Shown: positions 41,100 to 52,038 of the stretch, piece by piece
How the letters are laid out: the number at the start of each line of letters is the position of its first letter
How positions within the stretch are numbered: position 1 is the first letter of the stretch
Origin: an uncultured delta proteobacterium
GTDB taxonomy: Bacteria; Myxococcota_A; Polyangia; Polyangiales; Polyangiaceae
DNA: 64,000 nucleotides
Direction of reading: 5' to 3'
NCBI GenBank assembly: GCA_963696385.1
Contig: CAVOKF010000005.1
Span: 800,001-864,000 of the forward strand
Program-made: the position numbers and the translations under genes
The notes under the pieces: generated by a model
Databases searched by the model: none
What the model saw: only the letters and a program-made list of their open reading frames with translations
What the model was told of the DNA's origin: nothing

Positions 41100-41326
41100 G
41101 CGTCAACCGGCACGACGCAGCTTAGCGTTGCGAGCGCCGGCACGGGGTGCCGCTCGACAATCGGCGAGGCGTGGGAGCGCTCACTTTTCATGCGGCCTCC
41201 TGATTTATCGTCTCCCCAGCCATTGCGGCCCGTCTCCGTCCGCGATTTCGGTTTACGGCGGAGGCCCCTCCCCGCATGATCGGCGATGGGATCGGGGTCG
41301 GGGGTCGAGCTTCGTCCGAGGGTCAC

Positions 41327-43901
41327 TTATCCCTTCGGCGCGTTCTTCACGTACTTGTCGAACCAGCGGAGCATCTCGTAGACCAGCTGTTCGTTCGATT
41401 CCATGGCCGAGTACCAGTGCGGCTCGTGCGGCAGCATGACGAGGCGCGTCGTGCCGCCGTTGCCTCGGATGGCCTCGAAGAGCTTCGTGGCCTGCAGAGG
41501 CGTGGTGCCCGGATTCGCGTCGTCCTGACCGTGCACGATGAGCAGCGGGGTCTTCAGCTTGTCGGCGAAGAAGAACGGAGACACCTTGAGGTACACGCTC
41601 TGCGCCTCCCAGACCGACCGGCGCTCGTTCTGGAAGCCGAAGGGAGTGAGCGTCTTGTTGTACGAACCGCTCGTGGCGACGCCGGCACGGAAGAGGCTCG
41701 AATGGGCCACGAGGTTCGCCGTCATCAGAGCGCCGTGGCTGTGACCCGTCACGCCGATGCGGTCGGGATCGACCACCCCGAGCTGTACGGCCTTCGCCAC
41801 CGCCGCCTTCGCGTCGGCCACGAGTTGCTCCAGGTACGTGTCGTAAGCCTTCTTCGGGTCCCCGACGATGGGAAACGCCGCCTGGTCGATGACGGCGTAT
41901 CCGGCCAGCAGTAACAGCCTGTAGCCTCGCAGGCGCGTGAACGTCTCTTCCGATCCGGTGACCTGCCCGGCCTTTGACGCCTCGGCGTAGTCGAGCGGAT
42001 ACGCGTAGAGGATGGCCGGAAGACGTGTCCCCTCCTTGTAGTCGGGGGGCGTGTAGAGTGTGAACGACAGGTCCACGCCATCGTCGCGCTTGTACTTGAC
42101 GAGGCGCTTCTTGATCGCGCGTACCGCCGGCGTCGGATCGGGGATGTGCGTGATCGCGCTCGGGGTCGACGCGTACGCGGGCTCGTCGGCCGGTGCGCCC
42201 GCCACCCCAGGCCCGAGCGTCCGCAGAAACGCGTTCGGTGGATCCAACGGCGATTGGTGCCACGTGAGGAAGGTGCGCATGTTGGTCCCGGTGAACGCGA
42301 GGAACCGCTCGTACGACGATCGGTCGCTCCGGAAGAGGCGCTCGGTCTTTTGCGTCTTGAGATCGAAACGGTCGAGAAACGGCCGGTCCCCAGCGGGCGA
42401 CGATCCCGTGCCCGAGAGGTAAATGGCATCGCCATCCTGCTGCACGACCCAAGCGCCGTTCGGCAGCTGCCGGGATACCGGCCAGCCGGGGTCCTTGTAG
42501 TGCTCGTCGGTCGAGTGATCCCAGAATCCGGCGCGGTGAGGCTCGAGGATCGTCGACGTTCGTCACGAACGTGCGCGTCCAGTGCCGATTTTCGTCGTAC
42601 TCGCGCAGGAAGGCGACACTCGGCTGCTCGCCCCAGGACAGCCCATCGAACCGCTGCTCGGTGCGCGTGAGCTCGACGGGCGACGCTGTGAAAGGGGCTG
42701 CGTGCCGCATGATTTTGTCCCGCGCGGCCACCTTGACGTTCCAGTCGCCACCGTCGAGCGCCTCGGCCCAGAGCAGCGTTGCGGGCTCGGTCGAGCGCCA
42801 GGCGAAGTCTCGCGGTCCAGTCGGAACGCCGTGGATCGGAACGCGATCGGCGAGCGGGAGCGACGCCACGAGGTGAACGACGGCGCCCGAGCGATCCCGG
42901 ACGTCGACATCGTGCGGGAAGCGATCGTAGGTCGTGACGTAGGAATACGGCTTGTGGATGGACGTAACGAGGATGTGCTCTCCGTCGGGCGCGGCGTCGA
43001 CGTCGTCGTAGGCGCCTGGCTTGCCGAGGGGCGTGACCGTCCCCGTCGCCGTGTCGACCCGTGCGAGCTCCGAGGTGGCGTAGTAATCGAAGAGGTCCTC
43101 GTCGTGCTTGTTCGTGAGCGTGTCGCGCGTCTCGTACGTGCTGCTCTGTCCCTTCTGGCCGCCGGTTTCTTGGATGCTCGGGCCGTTGGGCACGAGGGGC
43201 GCTGGCGGGGGTGCACCGAGGCCGTCGGGGACGAGCTTGACCAGGAGCGTTTTTTGGTCGGCCATCCACTGTGCGGTGCTGCCGAGCATGGGGTTGAGCC
43301 GCACGCCCGGTACGGGATGCGCCCCGCCGCTGACCGCGTCGCCGATCCACAGCTCGACGGCGTCGGCCGTGATGTTCTGGAAGGCGAAGCGTTGGCCGTC
43401 GGCGCTCCAGAAGGGCCTGCCTGGGCAGGCGCCGGGCGGAAGAGCGATGTGAATCTGGGAGCCGTCGGCAATGCGCGCGAGCACGTAGTCGGTTGCGCAC
43501 GGGGTGATGCCGTAACCGCCTGGCGTGTCGTGGCGGCTGTGGTTTCTGGGCTCGACGCGCACGCCGGCGAGGCGGAGGAACGGGGTCGCGACGCGCGACA
43601 TGGGCGGATAGTCTTGCCACGACACGAGGAGCAGCGTGTCGTGCGTCGGGCTGACGAACGGCACGGGCGGCGAAGGGGCGTGCAAGACGTCGAGGATGTT
43701 CTGCGGGGGTTTGTCGTAACCCGAGGGCGCCTCGGGCTCGGGGGCCGGTGCCCGCGCCATGGGGGTCGTCGCGACCGCAGAGGCGGCGCCTGCCGACGGC
43801 ACAGGCGGCGGCGAAGCGCTCGGCAGGACGGGTGCGGGCGTCGCGCACGCGGCGACTGCGACCAGGGCCGGAAAGCAGGTTGAAAAAAGGGGTCGCGGCA
43901 C
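41327..43901 (-). CDS. S9 family (prolyl oligopeptidase-like) serine peptidase; one frameshift at ~42520-42528
   Basis: GYDKPP N-terminus, beta-propeller region, GHSHGA nucleophile, HGQDD.NPGT, LPHEPH. Confidence 0.9.
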
Positions 43902-44026
43902 GATGCTTCGCTTATCCGCCTGGGAGTGAAAGGCGTCAATCGGCTTCCTCGGGTTCTCCGCTCGGATCCGCCGCCGTTCGAGACCGAAGTTCGGGCGCCC
44001 AGCAGGGCTCGGTGTTCGGAGGCGCT

Positions 44027-44731
44027 TCACGCGAGGTCGAACACGAGGACTTCGCCTGCGTCGAGCCCTTCTACGTGGACACGTTCCTCTTTCGAGAGGG
44101 CAGCGCCGTCCCCGGCCTTGAGGTCCTGTCCGTTGACCCGGACCTTGCCACGGGCCACTTGAACCCAAGCGTGCCTGTCGCGACCGAAGTGGAGATCCGC
44201 GCGCTCTCCCTCGTCCAGAAGACCTGAGTAGAGCGCGGCATCGGCGTGGATCGTGACGCTGCCGTCGCGACCGTCGGGCGAGGCCACGACGCGCAAGCGT
44301 CCGCGTTTCTCGGCATCGGTGAACGCCTTCTGCTCGTAGCTCGGCTTGATTCCCTGCTCATTGGGAAGCAGCCAGATCTGAAGGAAATGCACGAGTTCGG
44401 TTTGCGACGCGTTGTACTCGCTATGGGAGACGCCGCTGCCGGCGCTCATTCTCTGCACGTCGCCCGGACGGACGATCGAACCAGTCCCGATCGAGTCTCG
44501 GTGCTGAAGACCGCCGTCGAGCACATACGAGATAATTTCCATGTCTCGATGCGGATGGGTCCCGAAGCCTCGGCCCGCCTGCACGCGGTCCTCGTTAATC
44601 ACGCGTAAAGACCGAAAGCCCATGTGCTTGGGATCGTGGTAGTCGGCAAAGGAGAACGTGTGGCGCGAGTCGAGCCAGCCGTGGAAGGCGTGGCCGCGGT
44701 CTTCGGCGGGTCGGACGATCACCATGGGCAT
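44027..44731 (-). CDS. Pirin family protein (YhhW-like)
   Basis: HGWLDSRHTFSFA, GFGTHPHRDMEI, MSAGSGVSHSE, FLQIW. Confidence 0.95.
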   Translation of the reverse strand: MPMVIVRPAEDRGHAFHGWLDSRHTFSFADYHDPKHMGFRSLRVINEDRVQAGRGFGTHPHRDMEIISYVLDGGLQHRDSIGTGSIVRPGDVQRMSAGSGVSHSEYNASQTELVHFLQIWLLPNEQGIKPSYEQKAFTDAEKRGRLRVVASPDGRDGSVTIHADAALYSGLLDEGERADLHFGRDRHAWVQVARGKVRVNGQDLKAGDGAALSKEERVHVEGLDAGEVLVFDLA

Positions 44732-44732
44732 A

Positions 44733-45653
44733 TCACGCCGGGACCGGGCCGAATTTACCGGCCTCCACGTCGGCAAAGGCCTGCTTGATTTCCTGAATCG
44801 AATTCATCACGAATGGCCCATACTGAACGATGGGTTCGTCGAGCGGCTCGCCGGCAAGAACGATGACGTGGGCCGTTCCTTCCGCCGTCAGGACGACGGC
44901 ACGCCCGTCGTTGGCGAAGACGAGCAGCTCGCCGGCACTCGCTGAGACGCCGCCCGCCGTGACGGTCCCGTCCGCGACTACGGCGAGGACGTTGTAGCGT
45001 GCCGGAAGGGGGACGGTCACCTGTTCTCCGGCGCCGGCACGCACGTCGAGCATCGTGATCGGCGTAAATGTGCGGGCGGGACCGCGCGCTCCTTCGTACT
45101 CGCCGGCGACGACGCGGACGCTGCCACCGCGCGCCAGCCGTACGGTTGGAATCTCGGACGCGGCAATGGGCTGGTAGCCGGGTGCTGCGCTCTTGTCCTT
45201 ACGGGGAAGGTTGACCCACAATTGCATCATGTGCATGCGCCCGCCGCGCCGGGTGAGCTGCTCCTCGTGGAACTCCTCGTGGAAGATGCCGGCTCCGGCC
45301 GTCATCCACTGAACATCGCCCGGCCCGATCACTCCGGAATGGCCGGCGTTGTCACGATGAGCGACCGACCCTTCCCACGCGAGCGTGACGGTCTCGAAGC
45401 CGCGATGGGGATGCCATCCGACGCCGCGCTTGCCTTGCCGGAGCGGAGCGAAGGATTTCGGCGGCCCATAATCCATGAGCACGAAGGGACTGACGCGCTC
45501 GGCGGGAAGGTTCGCGCTCGGGAAATACGTCGATACGTGAAAGCCGTTGCCAACCCAGTGGAACCCAGTGCTGCGGTGGATCGCTTCCACCGTACGAACA
45601 CCTGTGGGGGAAGCGGGCGTCGGGGCGCGGGATTCGCTCATCGTGCTGTTCAT
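44733..45653 (-). CDS. Pirin family protein with Pirin_C domain
   Basis: HPHRGFETVT, QWMTAGAGIFHEE, QLWVNLP, EPIVQYGPFVMN. Confidence 0.95.
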   Translation of the reverse strand: MNSTMSESRAPTPASPTGVRTVEAIHRSTGFHWVGNGFHVSTYFPSANLPAERVSPFVLMDYGPPKSFAPLRQGKRGVGWHPHRGFETVTLAWEGSVAHRDNAGHSGVIGPGDVQWMTAGAGIFHEEFHEEQLTRRGGRMHMMQLWVNLPRKDKSAAPGYQPIAASEIPTVRLARGGSVRVVAGEYEGARGPARTFTPITMLDVRAGAGEQVTVPLPARYNVLAVVADGTVTAGGVSASAGELLVFANDGRAVVLTAEGTAHVIVLAGEPLDEPIVQYGPFVMNSIQEIKQAFADVEAGKFGPVPA

Positions 45654-45838
45654 GGCAAGGTAAGCTAGCCACGGTGCGCGTCTCGCGAAATAGGCGCGCC
45701 GCGCCCGGGGCCCGAGGGCGCAAGAGGGGGATCGCCAGAGCAAGGACCAGGGTGGTCTCGGCGGCGATCCTCTCGTCGCCCAGGCGCGTGCGTCTTCTCT
45801 TGCGCCCGCTCTGGCCGAGCTGCTCATCTGTCGTCCGA

Positions 45839-46617
45839 ATGATCGCCGCAGAGCCGCTGCAAGGAAGGGTTCAGGCCGGCTGGCCCGGGTCGACGCCGGA
45901 TCCGTCCGAGCGAACGTTGCTCGAGGGGCCGCACACGCGCCGTCACGAGCTGCAGCAGGCGCTGCGGATATTTGCCGAGTGCATCCGCGGCTTCCGCGCC
46001 TTGCACTTCGTCGGCCCGTGTGTGACGGTCTTCGGGTCGGCTCGATTTGCGGAGGGACACCCCTACTACGGGCTCGGTGAGGAGATTGGTGAGCGTCTCG
46101 CCTTGGCGGGCTTGACCGTCGTGACCGGGGGTGGGCCCGGCCTGATGGAGGCCGCGAACCGTGGCGCGAAGCGCGCGGGGGGGCGTTCGATCGGTTGCAA
46201 CATCCTGCTGCCCAAGGAGCAGCGCCCCAACGCGTATCTCGATCGCATGGTGGAGTTCCGATACTTCTTCGTGCGCGAAATTAATGCTGGTGAAGTACTC
46301 GTACGCGTTCGTCGCGTTGCCGGGTGGCCTCGGAACGCTCGACGAGTTGTTCGAGACCGCCGTTTTGATTCAGACCGGCAAAGTGAAGCAATTCCCGCTC
46401 GTGTTGCTGGGTGCCGATTTCCTGGGGTCCGTTCGTCACCCTGCTGCGGGATCGATTCCTCGCAGCCACCACCATCGATCGCGAAGACGTCGATCGGTTC
46501 GTGATCCTGGATTCACCCGCGCAGGCCGTGGAGCTCATTCGCGAACGAGCCCTGCGCGAGTTCGGCCTGACCTACGGGCCGCGCGCCAAGCCCCGTGTGC
46601 TGCTCGGAGAACGGTAA
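45839..46617 (+). CDS. LOG/TIGR00730 family Rossmann-fold protein; two frameshifts (~46277, ~46420)
   Basis: VTVFGSAR, TGGGPGLMEAANRGA, (RK)LMLVKYS, LPGGLGTLDE, (F)WGP spread over three frames. Confidence 0.85.
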
Positions 46618-46632
46618 GGGACGGACCCGGGC

Positions 46633-47874
46633 TCAGACCGAGTCGCGCGCGCGGCGACGAAGCGCGAAGCCGAGCACCGCGAGGAGCCCGAAGAGTGCCC
46701 CGGGTGCGGTGTTCGCGGGAGAAGCGCCCACCTGACAACCTCCGTCCGAGGCTTCGTCATGAGACGCTCCCGAAGCCGCCGGGGGAATTGTCGCAGCCCT
46801 GGCCGCGCCCCCGTTTGCGGATGAGGCACCGGAGGTGGCGGTCGCGGCCGGCTGGCCGCCGCCGCCCGAGCTGCCGGTACCGGAGGCGCCGCTGGACGGG
46901 GCGCTGGCGGTTGGGATGCTGCCCGAGCCGTTCAGCGTCGTCCCAGAGCCGGCCCCGGTTGCGTTGACGGACGTGGAGTACGGGGGAACGCAGACACTTT
47001 GCGAAGGAGGGGCGACACCGGCATCGAAGTCGCAGGGCAGGACGACCGCCGATCCGTCTACGATGAGAGCCGGCTCAGCGCACGCGATGCCGTTGTACAC
47101 AGCGGTCGGCTGAGCCACGCACGTCCACGTTGCCGGACACTGGCTGTCGGTGGTGCACACGACGGTGTCCGCCTGGCAGCTCGACGTCGAGAGGGTGGTC
47201 GTGACACAGCCCGCGTCCACGGTCACCGGCGGCGGAACGACAAGGCCGGCATCGACGGCAATGTTCGGAAGGTTCGTGGCGACTGGCGGCGCGGCGACCG
47301 ACGTCGATCCTATGCCGGCGCCCCCGCCGCTGCCACTGGCTCCCCCGCTCGCGCTGCCCCAGCAGCTCGTCTCGACATCCGGCACGCACGTAAAGTAGTC
47401 CCCGCAGTCCGAGCTGACGGTGCAGGGAAGGTCGTACCTAGGCACGCACACGCTCGGTTCGGTCGTCGTCGTGCACGTCGGGGCGATGGGGGGCGGGCAC
47501 GAGGCCTCGTCTTTGCCGCAAGCTGGCGATGCCGGAGTCGAACAGGTTTGGTAGGTATCCGCGTGGCACACCATGCCCGAAGCGCAATCGCTGTCGGTGG
47601 AACAGGGGGCGGGCTGGCACGTGGAGGTGGTAGGGCTGCACGTGATGACGGGAATCGCGCACGTCTGGCCCGGAGGGCAGATCGGCGTCGGGGGGCATGC
47701 CGCGATCTCGGAGACCTGACAGGTGAACCCCTTCGAGCAATCGCTGTCGTGAGAGCACGACGTGTCGGCGCGGGCGCTGGCGGGGATGATCATACCAGCC
47801 ACCGCCAAGAGCGCGACGACCGGGGTGCGAAGCGAGTCCACGCGTTGGGCGCGGGCCGTGCGGGATGTGACCAT
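46633..47874 (-). CDS. Cys-rich surface protein with MYXO-CTERM-like sorting tail
   Basis: Signal peptide ARA-D; four CxxxSxC..C repeats; C-terminal GGCQVG...LFGLLAVLGFALRRR. Confidence 0.8.
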   Translation of the reverse strand: MVTSRTARAQRVDSLRTPVVALLAVAGMIIPASARADTSCSHDSDCSKGFTCQVSEIAACPPTPICPPGQTCAIPVITCSPTTSTCQPAPCSTDSDCASGMVCHADTYQTCSTPASPACGKDEASCPPPIAPTCTTTTEPSVCVPRYDLPCTVSSDCGDYFTCVPDVETSCWGSASGGASGSGGGAGIGSTSVAAPPVATNLPNIAVDAGLVVPPPVTVDAGCVTTTLSTSSCQADTVVCTTDSQCPATWTCVAQPTAVYNGIACAEPALIVDGSAVVLPCDFDAGVAPPSQSVCVPPYSTSVNATGAGSGTTLNGSGSIPTASAPSSGASGTGSSGGGGQPAATATSGASSANGGAARAATIPPAASGASHDEASDGGCQVGASPANTAPGALFGLLAVLGFALRRRARDSV

Positions 47875-47955
47875 GGGAAGTTTCTCCGGTGGCTCATCGC
47901 GTGCGACTCGGACGCGAAGCGTGTCCGAGGACCTCGTAGCCACGCCGGGTTCAAG

Positions 47956-47971
47956 TGCACGAGCCCTGCCA
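47956..47971 (-). promoter_or_regulatory. Candidate sigma-54 promoter
   Basis: Minus strand TGGCAGGGCTCGTGCA (GG-N10-GC), ~80 nt upstream of ATG 47874. Confidence 0.5.
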
Positions 47972-48295
47972 TGGGCATTTCCTCGCGATCTTGCCCAAAA
48001 GACCGGTGCCCGGGCGTGCCAAACTGAGCAAGTGCGCCGACCGTCCGGATCCGCCGGCCATAGGCGGCCGCCGCGGCGGTGCCCCATCGCGGCCTAACGC
48101 CGATCGCGCGGTCCGGCCCGTGGTCGATCGATCGCGGTGGCCGCGGGCGGGCGGCGCAACCGGTCGCCGCGCAGCGGCCGTGGGCCTCGGACACCGGGTC
48201 GCCATTGAGGCATCGCCATCCGACAGGTTCTGTAGCCAGCGCGTGCGGTTTGCGCGAGTATTCGACGGGCGAGTCGTGCGGATCGGCATTCAAGG

Positions 48296-49594
48296 ATGAC
48301 CAGCTCCGGTACTGGCAGGTGGCCGAGGGTCCTGTCGTCACTCGTCCTCGTTCTCGCGGCTTGCGGCCCGTCGGGAACCATTCCACCGTCCGCGCGGACC
48401 GCCGCCGGGGCCGTCCCCCAGGAGGCCAACCACTCCGTCGCTGCCGATGACGCCGGAGCCTCCAGCGCCGCTCCGGTGCGCTTCATCGAAGACGATTACG
48501 CTCGGGCGCGTTCGGAGGCCCGCGCGCGCGGCGTGCCGCTCTTCGTCGATACCTGGGCTCCTTGGTGCCATACGTGCCTCAGCATGCGTGCGTTCGTTTT
48601 CACCGACGACCGCCTCCGATCGATTTCAACTCGGTTCGTTTGGTTGTCGATCGATACGGAGCGCGAAGACAACGCGGCCTTGGTCACGAAGCTCGGCGTG
48701 AAGGTCTTGCCGACCTTATTCGTCCTCGATGCGCACGACGAGCGCGTGGTGTTGGCCTGGCGGGGCTCTCTCACTGCGCGGGAGCTCGTCGCGCTTCTCG
48801 ACGACACCCGAGGCGGCGCGGGTCCGACGGGCCCGCTCGCCGTCGACGCGCTCATTGCGCGCCAGAGCGGCGATGGTCGGTTGTCGGAGTGCTTGACCGC
48901 GGCTGCCCGCGAGGCCCCCAAGATGCCCCCGGGCACGGCGCTCGCCGATGTCGTGCGTTTCGGGATCGGATGCGCGCGAAAATTGCCTTCGGGCGCACCC
49001 GAGAGAGGGCGGCTCGCCGATCTCGCGGCGCTCGGGGAGCGCCTGGTGTCCGACCCGTCACAGCCTATCCTCGCCGACGACCGTTCTGATTTGTACGATT
49101 CCGTGATCGGCGCATACCGCGACCTGGGTCGGAACGGCGATGCCAAGCGATTGGCCGTCGCGTGGGGGTCGTTTCTCGATCAACAAGCCGCCCTCGCGTC
49201 CTCGCCGCGCGCTCGCGCGGTATTCGACGCACACCGGTTGATGGCCTACGAGGCGATCGACGAGCCGCAGCGCGCCGTACCGATGCTCGAGCAGAGCGAG
49301 CGCGATTTTCCGGACGACTACAACCCGCCGGCGCGTCTCGCATCGGCGTACCTCGCGATGAAGAACTACGACGAGGCGCTCGCGGCGGCGAAACGAGCCC
49401 TCGACCGCGCCTACGGACCCCGCAAGCTGCGCCTCTGGTCGTTGCAAGCCGACGTGCGCGTGGCGAAAGGAGACGTCGCGGGGGCACGCGCTTCGCTGCG
49501 CGCCGCGATGGACTTCGCGCGGAGCGTGCCGCTCCCGGAGGGCTATCCGAAGCAGGTCGAGGCCATCGTGAAGCGCCTCGCCGGGCTGTGGTAG
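48296..49594 (+). CDS. Thioredoxin-like + TPR lipoprotein
   Basis: LAAC lipobox, WAPWCHTC, C-terminal TPR (PDDYNPPARLA...YDEALAAAKRAL). Confidence 0.8.
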   Translation: MTSSGTGRWPRVLSSLVLVLAACGPSGTIPPSARTAAGAVPQEANHSVAADDAGASSAAPVRFIEDDYARARSEARARGVPLFVDTWAPWCHTCLSMRAFVFTDDRLRSISTRFVWLSIDTEREDNAALVTKLGVKVLPTLFVLDAHDERVVLAWRGSLTARELVALLDDTRGGAGPTGPLAVDALIARQSGDGRLSECLTAAAREAPKMPPGTALADVVRFGIGCARKLPSGAPERGRLADLAALGERLVSDPSQPILADDRSDLYDSVIGAYRDLGRNGDAKRLAVAWGSFLDQQAALASSPRARAVFDAHRLMAYEAIDEPQRAVPMLEQSERDFPDDYNPPARLASAYLAMKNYDEALAAAKRALDRAYGPRKLRLWSLQADVRVAKGDVAGARASLRAAMDFARSVPLPEGYPKQVEAIVKRLAGLW

Positions 49595-49670
49595 ACGGCC
49601 AGCCGGCCGATCCCAGGAAAAACTTTGCGCGAGATCGCAACGGATCCGGCGAGCGGCCGATGGGACGGGC

Positions 49671-50687
49671 ATGCCGTCACCCCATTCGCCTCAATCCATG
49701 GCTGTTACCGCACGGCGGGCGCTCGCCACCGGCTTCATCGTGATCGTCGCGCCCGTCATCGGCTCTTCAGTGTCGTGCGCGCATGCGCAGCCCGCGGGCT
49801 TCGTGTCGCCCGGCGACGACTGGGGCGCCACGGACGCTGAAGCACCGCACTGGCTGCCGGCCTGGCCGGGTGCCCCTCTCGCAGACGGGTCGTTCGAAAT
49901 CGCCGACGCTTCGGCCGCTCTCGCGTCGGACGTCATCGTGGATGTCGCGTTCGAATCTGCCGCCGAGAGCGAAGCCGACGCCGGCGCAGGGCCGGCGTGG
50001 ACGGCTCCAAAAGACAGTTCGACCGGCGACGCCGAGCCGGGCCCCTTGGAGGCCGCTGCGCCGGCACCCGGAAACCCGGCCGATGGGGACGTTCGCGGTG
50101 CTGAGGAGCCCGAGGACGATGCGGGCGAGCAAACCGATGGGGCGGTTGCCACGGCGTTGGCCCCATCGCCCGGGGAACTGCTCATCACCGAGGTGATGTT
50201 CGATTCATCCGGACCCGCGCCGCAGTCCGAGTGGTTCGAAGTGTACAACGCGACCGATTCGGCGCTGTCGCTCAACGGTCTGACCATTGTGGATGGCTAT
50301 TCGCACATGGAACTCATCGCCGCGACACCCCCACCGGTCGTCGCCGCGAAGGCCTACGCGCTGCTCGTTCGCAATCGAGCGCTGGCCGTCATCGAGTTCC
50401 TTCCAGCCGCTTCCATCGTCTACGAATACTCGAGCGGTCTCGCTCCCGAAGACGGCATCGAGATCGATAACAGCGCGACCGGTGCGGTGGCCCTGTGGAA
50501 CGGAGCGGTGGAGCTCGCCAATGTGCCTTACGGGGGATGGAACATGGCGTCGATTGGTTCGAGCATCGAGCTCGTCACGTTGAGCCTCCCCGGCAGCCAA
50601 AACCCGGGAGGGTGGTGCATTGCGCAACACGCGTGGGAGACCGGGTACGACTTTGGGACGCCCGGCGCACCGAACGATTGCCCCTAG
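49671..50687 (+). CDS. Lamin-tail-domain-containing secreted protein
   Basis: PGELLITEVM, EWFEVYN, GTPGAPN. Confidence 0.78.
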   Translation: MPSPHSPQSMAVTARRALATGFIVIVAPVIGSSVSCAHAQPAGFVSPGDDWGATDAEAPHWLPAWPGAPLADGSFEIADASAALASDVIVDVAFESAAESEADAGAGPAWTAPKDSSTGDAEPGPLEAAAPAPGNPADGDVRGAEEPEDDAGEQTDGAVATALAPSPGELLITEVMFDSSGPAPQSEWFEVYNATDSALSLNGLTIVDGYSHMELIAATPPPVVAAKAYALLVRNRALAVIEFLPAASIVYEYSSGLAPEDGIEIDNSATGAVALWNGAVELANVPYGGWNMASIGSSIELVTLSLPGSQNPGGWCIAQHAWETGYDFGTPGAPNDCP

Positions 50688-50691
50688 CCTA

Positions 50692-50862
50692 AAGTACACC
50701 GCCTCAGAACAAGGGATCAGCCGGGCGGTGTCCTTCAATCGCCGGGAGGCGATGGGGGGGGTTGGGGCGAAGCGCCAAGGAAATCATCTTGGTACAGCGC
50801 CAGCCTGCAACGCAGGCGTACCCAGCCTAGCTGGGTACCCTCTCATGGGGCGCCGTGCCAAG
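50692..50862. mobile_element. Family A structured dispersed repeat, copy 2
   Basis: Blocks identical to copy 1: CTTCAATCGCCGGGAGGCGAT (21 nt) and GTACAGCGCCAGCCTGCAACGCAGGCGTAC (30 nt). Confidence 0.8.
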
Positions 50863-50898
50863 CCTAGCGACCTCGACCCCGCGAGCCTGTGGGGCGCG

Positions 50899-52038
50899 TT
50901 ATCCGCGCATGTCTCGTCCCAGTTCCTCGCCGCGAAGCCTGGGGTCGAGCGCATCACGCGCAGCGTCGCCGACCAGGTTCAAGGCGAAGAGCGTGAACAG
51001 CAGCATCGTGGTTGGAAACACGACCAGCCACCACGCTTCGGGGTGAGTTCGAGCCTCGCCCAGGGCTTCGCCCCAGGACGGGGTCCCGTCGGACGCGCCA
51101 ACGCGCAGGAAGTCCACCGCCGCCTCGATGAGCACGATGGAAGCGATGCCAAACGCAGCTGCGACCAAGACTGGACCGATGGCGTTCGGAAGGACATGGC
51201 GAACGAGGATGCGCCGCCCGGAGGCGCCGAGTGCGCGCGCCGCGGTCACGTAGTCGCTTCCGAGCGTAATGAGCACTTCGGCCCGGACGATGCGCGCGAG
51301 CTCGGTCCATCGCGTGAGCGCGATCGTCCACACCAGCGTCGTCGTCGTCGCGTGCGGCACGACCGCGCCGACGACAAGGACGAGAAGGAGCGTCGGAATC
51401 GCCACGAGAGCTTCGACCGCGCGCGACACCAACCCGTCGATCACGCCGCCGAAGAAGCCGGCGGCCGCCCCTAGCAGCAGTCCGATCGCGACGAGAGCCG
51501 TCGACCCGGCAAGCCCGAGCCCGAGCGCCGCCCTCGTACCGTGCACGACGCGAGCGAACAGATCGCGTCCTTGTGCGTCCGTGCCCAGACCGTGGCCGGC
51601 GGTGAGCGGCGGAGACAGGACGGATTCCGGATCCCGATCCATGGGCCCGTGTGTGGCGAGGGGCTCAATGAGCCAATCGCCGTGCCGACGCTCTCGCTGC
51701 ATTCGGCCGCAGTCGGTGTTGGCGAGTGCCGCGGGGTGTGTGATGTTCGGCAAGACATAAAGCGTGCCATGCCAATGGCATACCAGGGGCAAATCGCTCG
51801 CCAGGAAATCCGCCAGGAGGGCGACGACGGCAAGCACGCCGAGGATGAGTCCACCGAGGCGGGCCAAGCGACTCTGAGCGATCCGAGCGACGGCAATGCG
51901 CGTCATGGTCGCGTACGGTGCGGCGGCGTGACCAGCGGCGACGACGGAGGTGCGGACGAGCCGTCGGGAGGAGGTCTTGCGCCGCGACAGTTGCAGCGCC
52001 CCATGCGACTCCGGCGCGGGAGGCTCGTTGTCGTTCAC
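50899..52038 (-). CDS. Peptide/nickel ABC permease (OppC/DppC-like)
   Basis: LGTDAQGRDLFAR, YVTAARALGAS, HVLPN, SWG, RDALDPR; GTGA overlap (alternative start 51906). Confidence 0.9.
   Translation of the reverse strand: MNDNEPPAPESHGALQLSRRKTSSRRLVRTSVVAAGHAAAPYATMTRIAVARIAQSRLARLGGLILGVLAVVALLADFLASDLPLVCHWHGTLYVLPNITHPAALANTDCGRMQRERRHGDWLIEPLATHGPMDRDPESVLSPPLTAGHGLGTDAQGRDLFARVVHGTRAALGLGLAGSTALVAIGLLLGAAAGFFGGVIDGLVSRAVEALVAIPTLLLVLVVGAVVPHATTTTLVWTIALTRWTELARIVRAEVLITLGSDYVTAARALGASGRRILVRHVLPNAIGPVLVAAAFGIASIVLIEAAVDFLRVGASDGTPSWGEALGEARTHPEAWWLVVFPTTMLLFTLFALNLVGDAARDALDPRLRGEELGRDMRG

Noticed and set aside
45839..46617. Programmed frameshifting or true pseudogene for the LOG protein
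   Set aside because: No slippery heptamer; fits the window-wide pattern of small indels attributed to assembly error
48003..48022. TGGCACG sigma-54 -24 element on minus strand
   Set aside because: GG-to-GC spacing is 9 nt rather than the required 10
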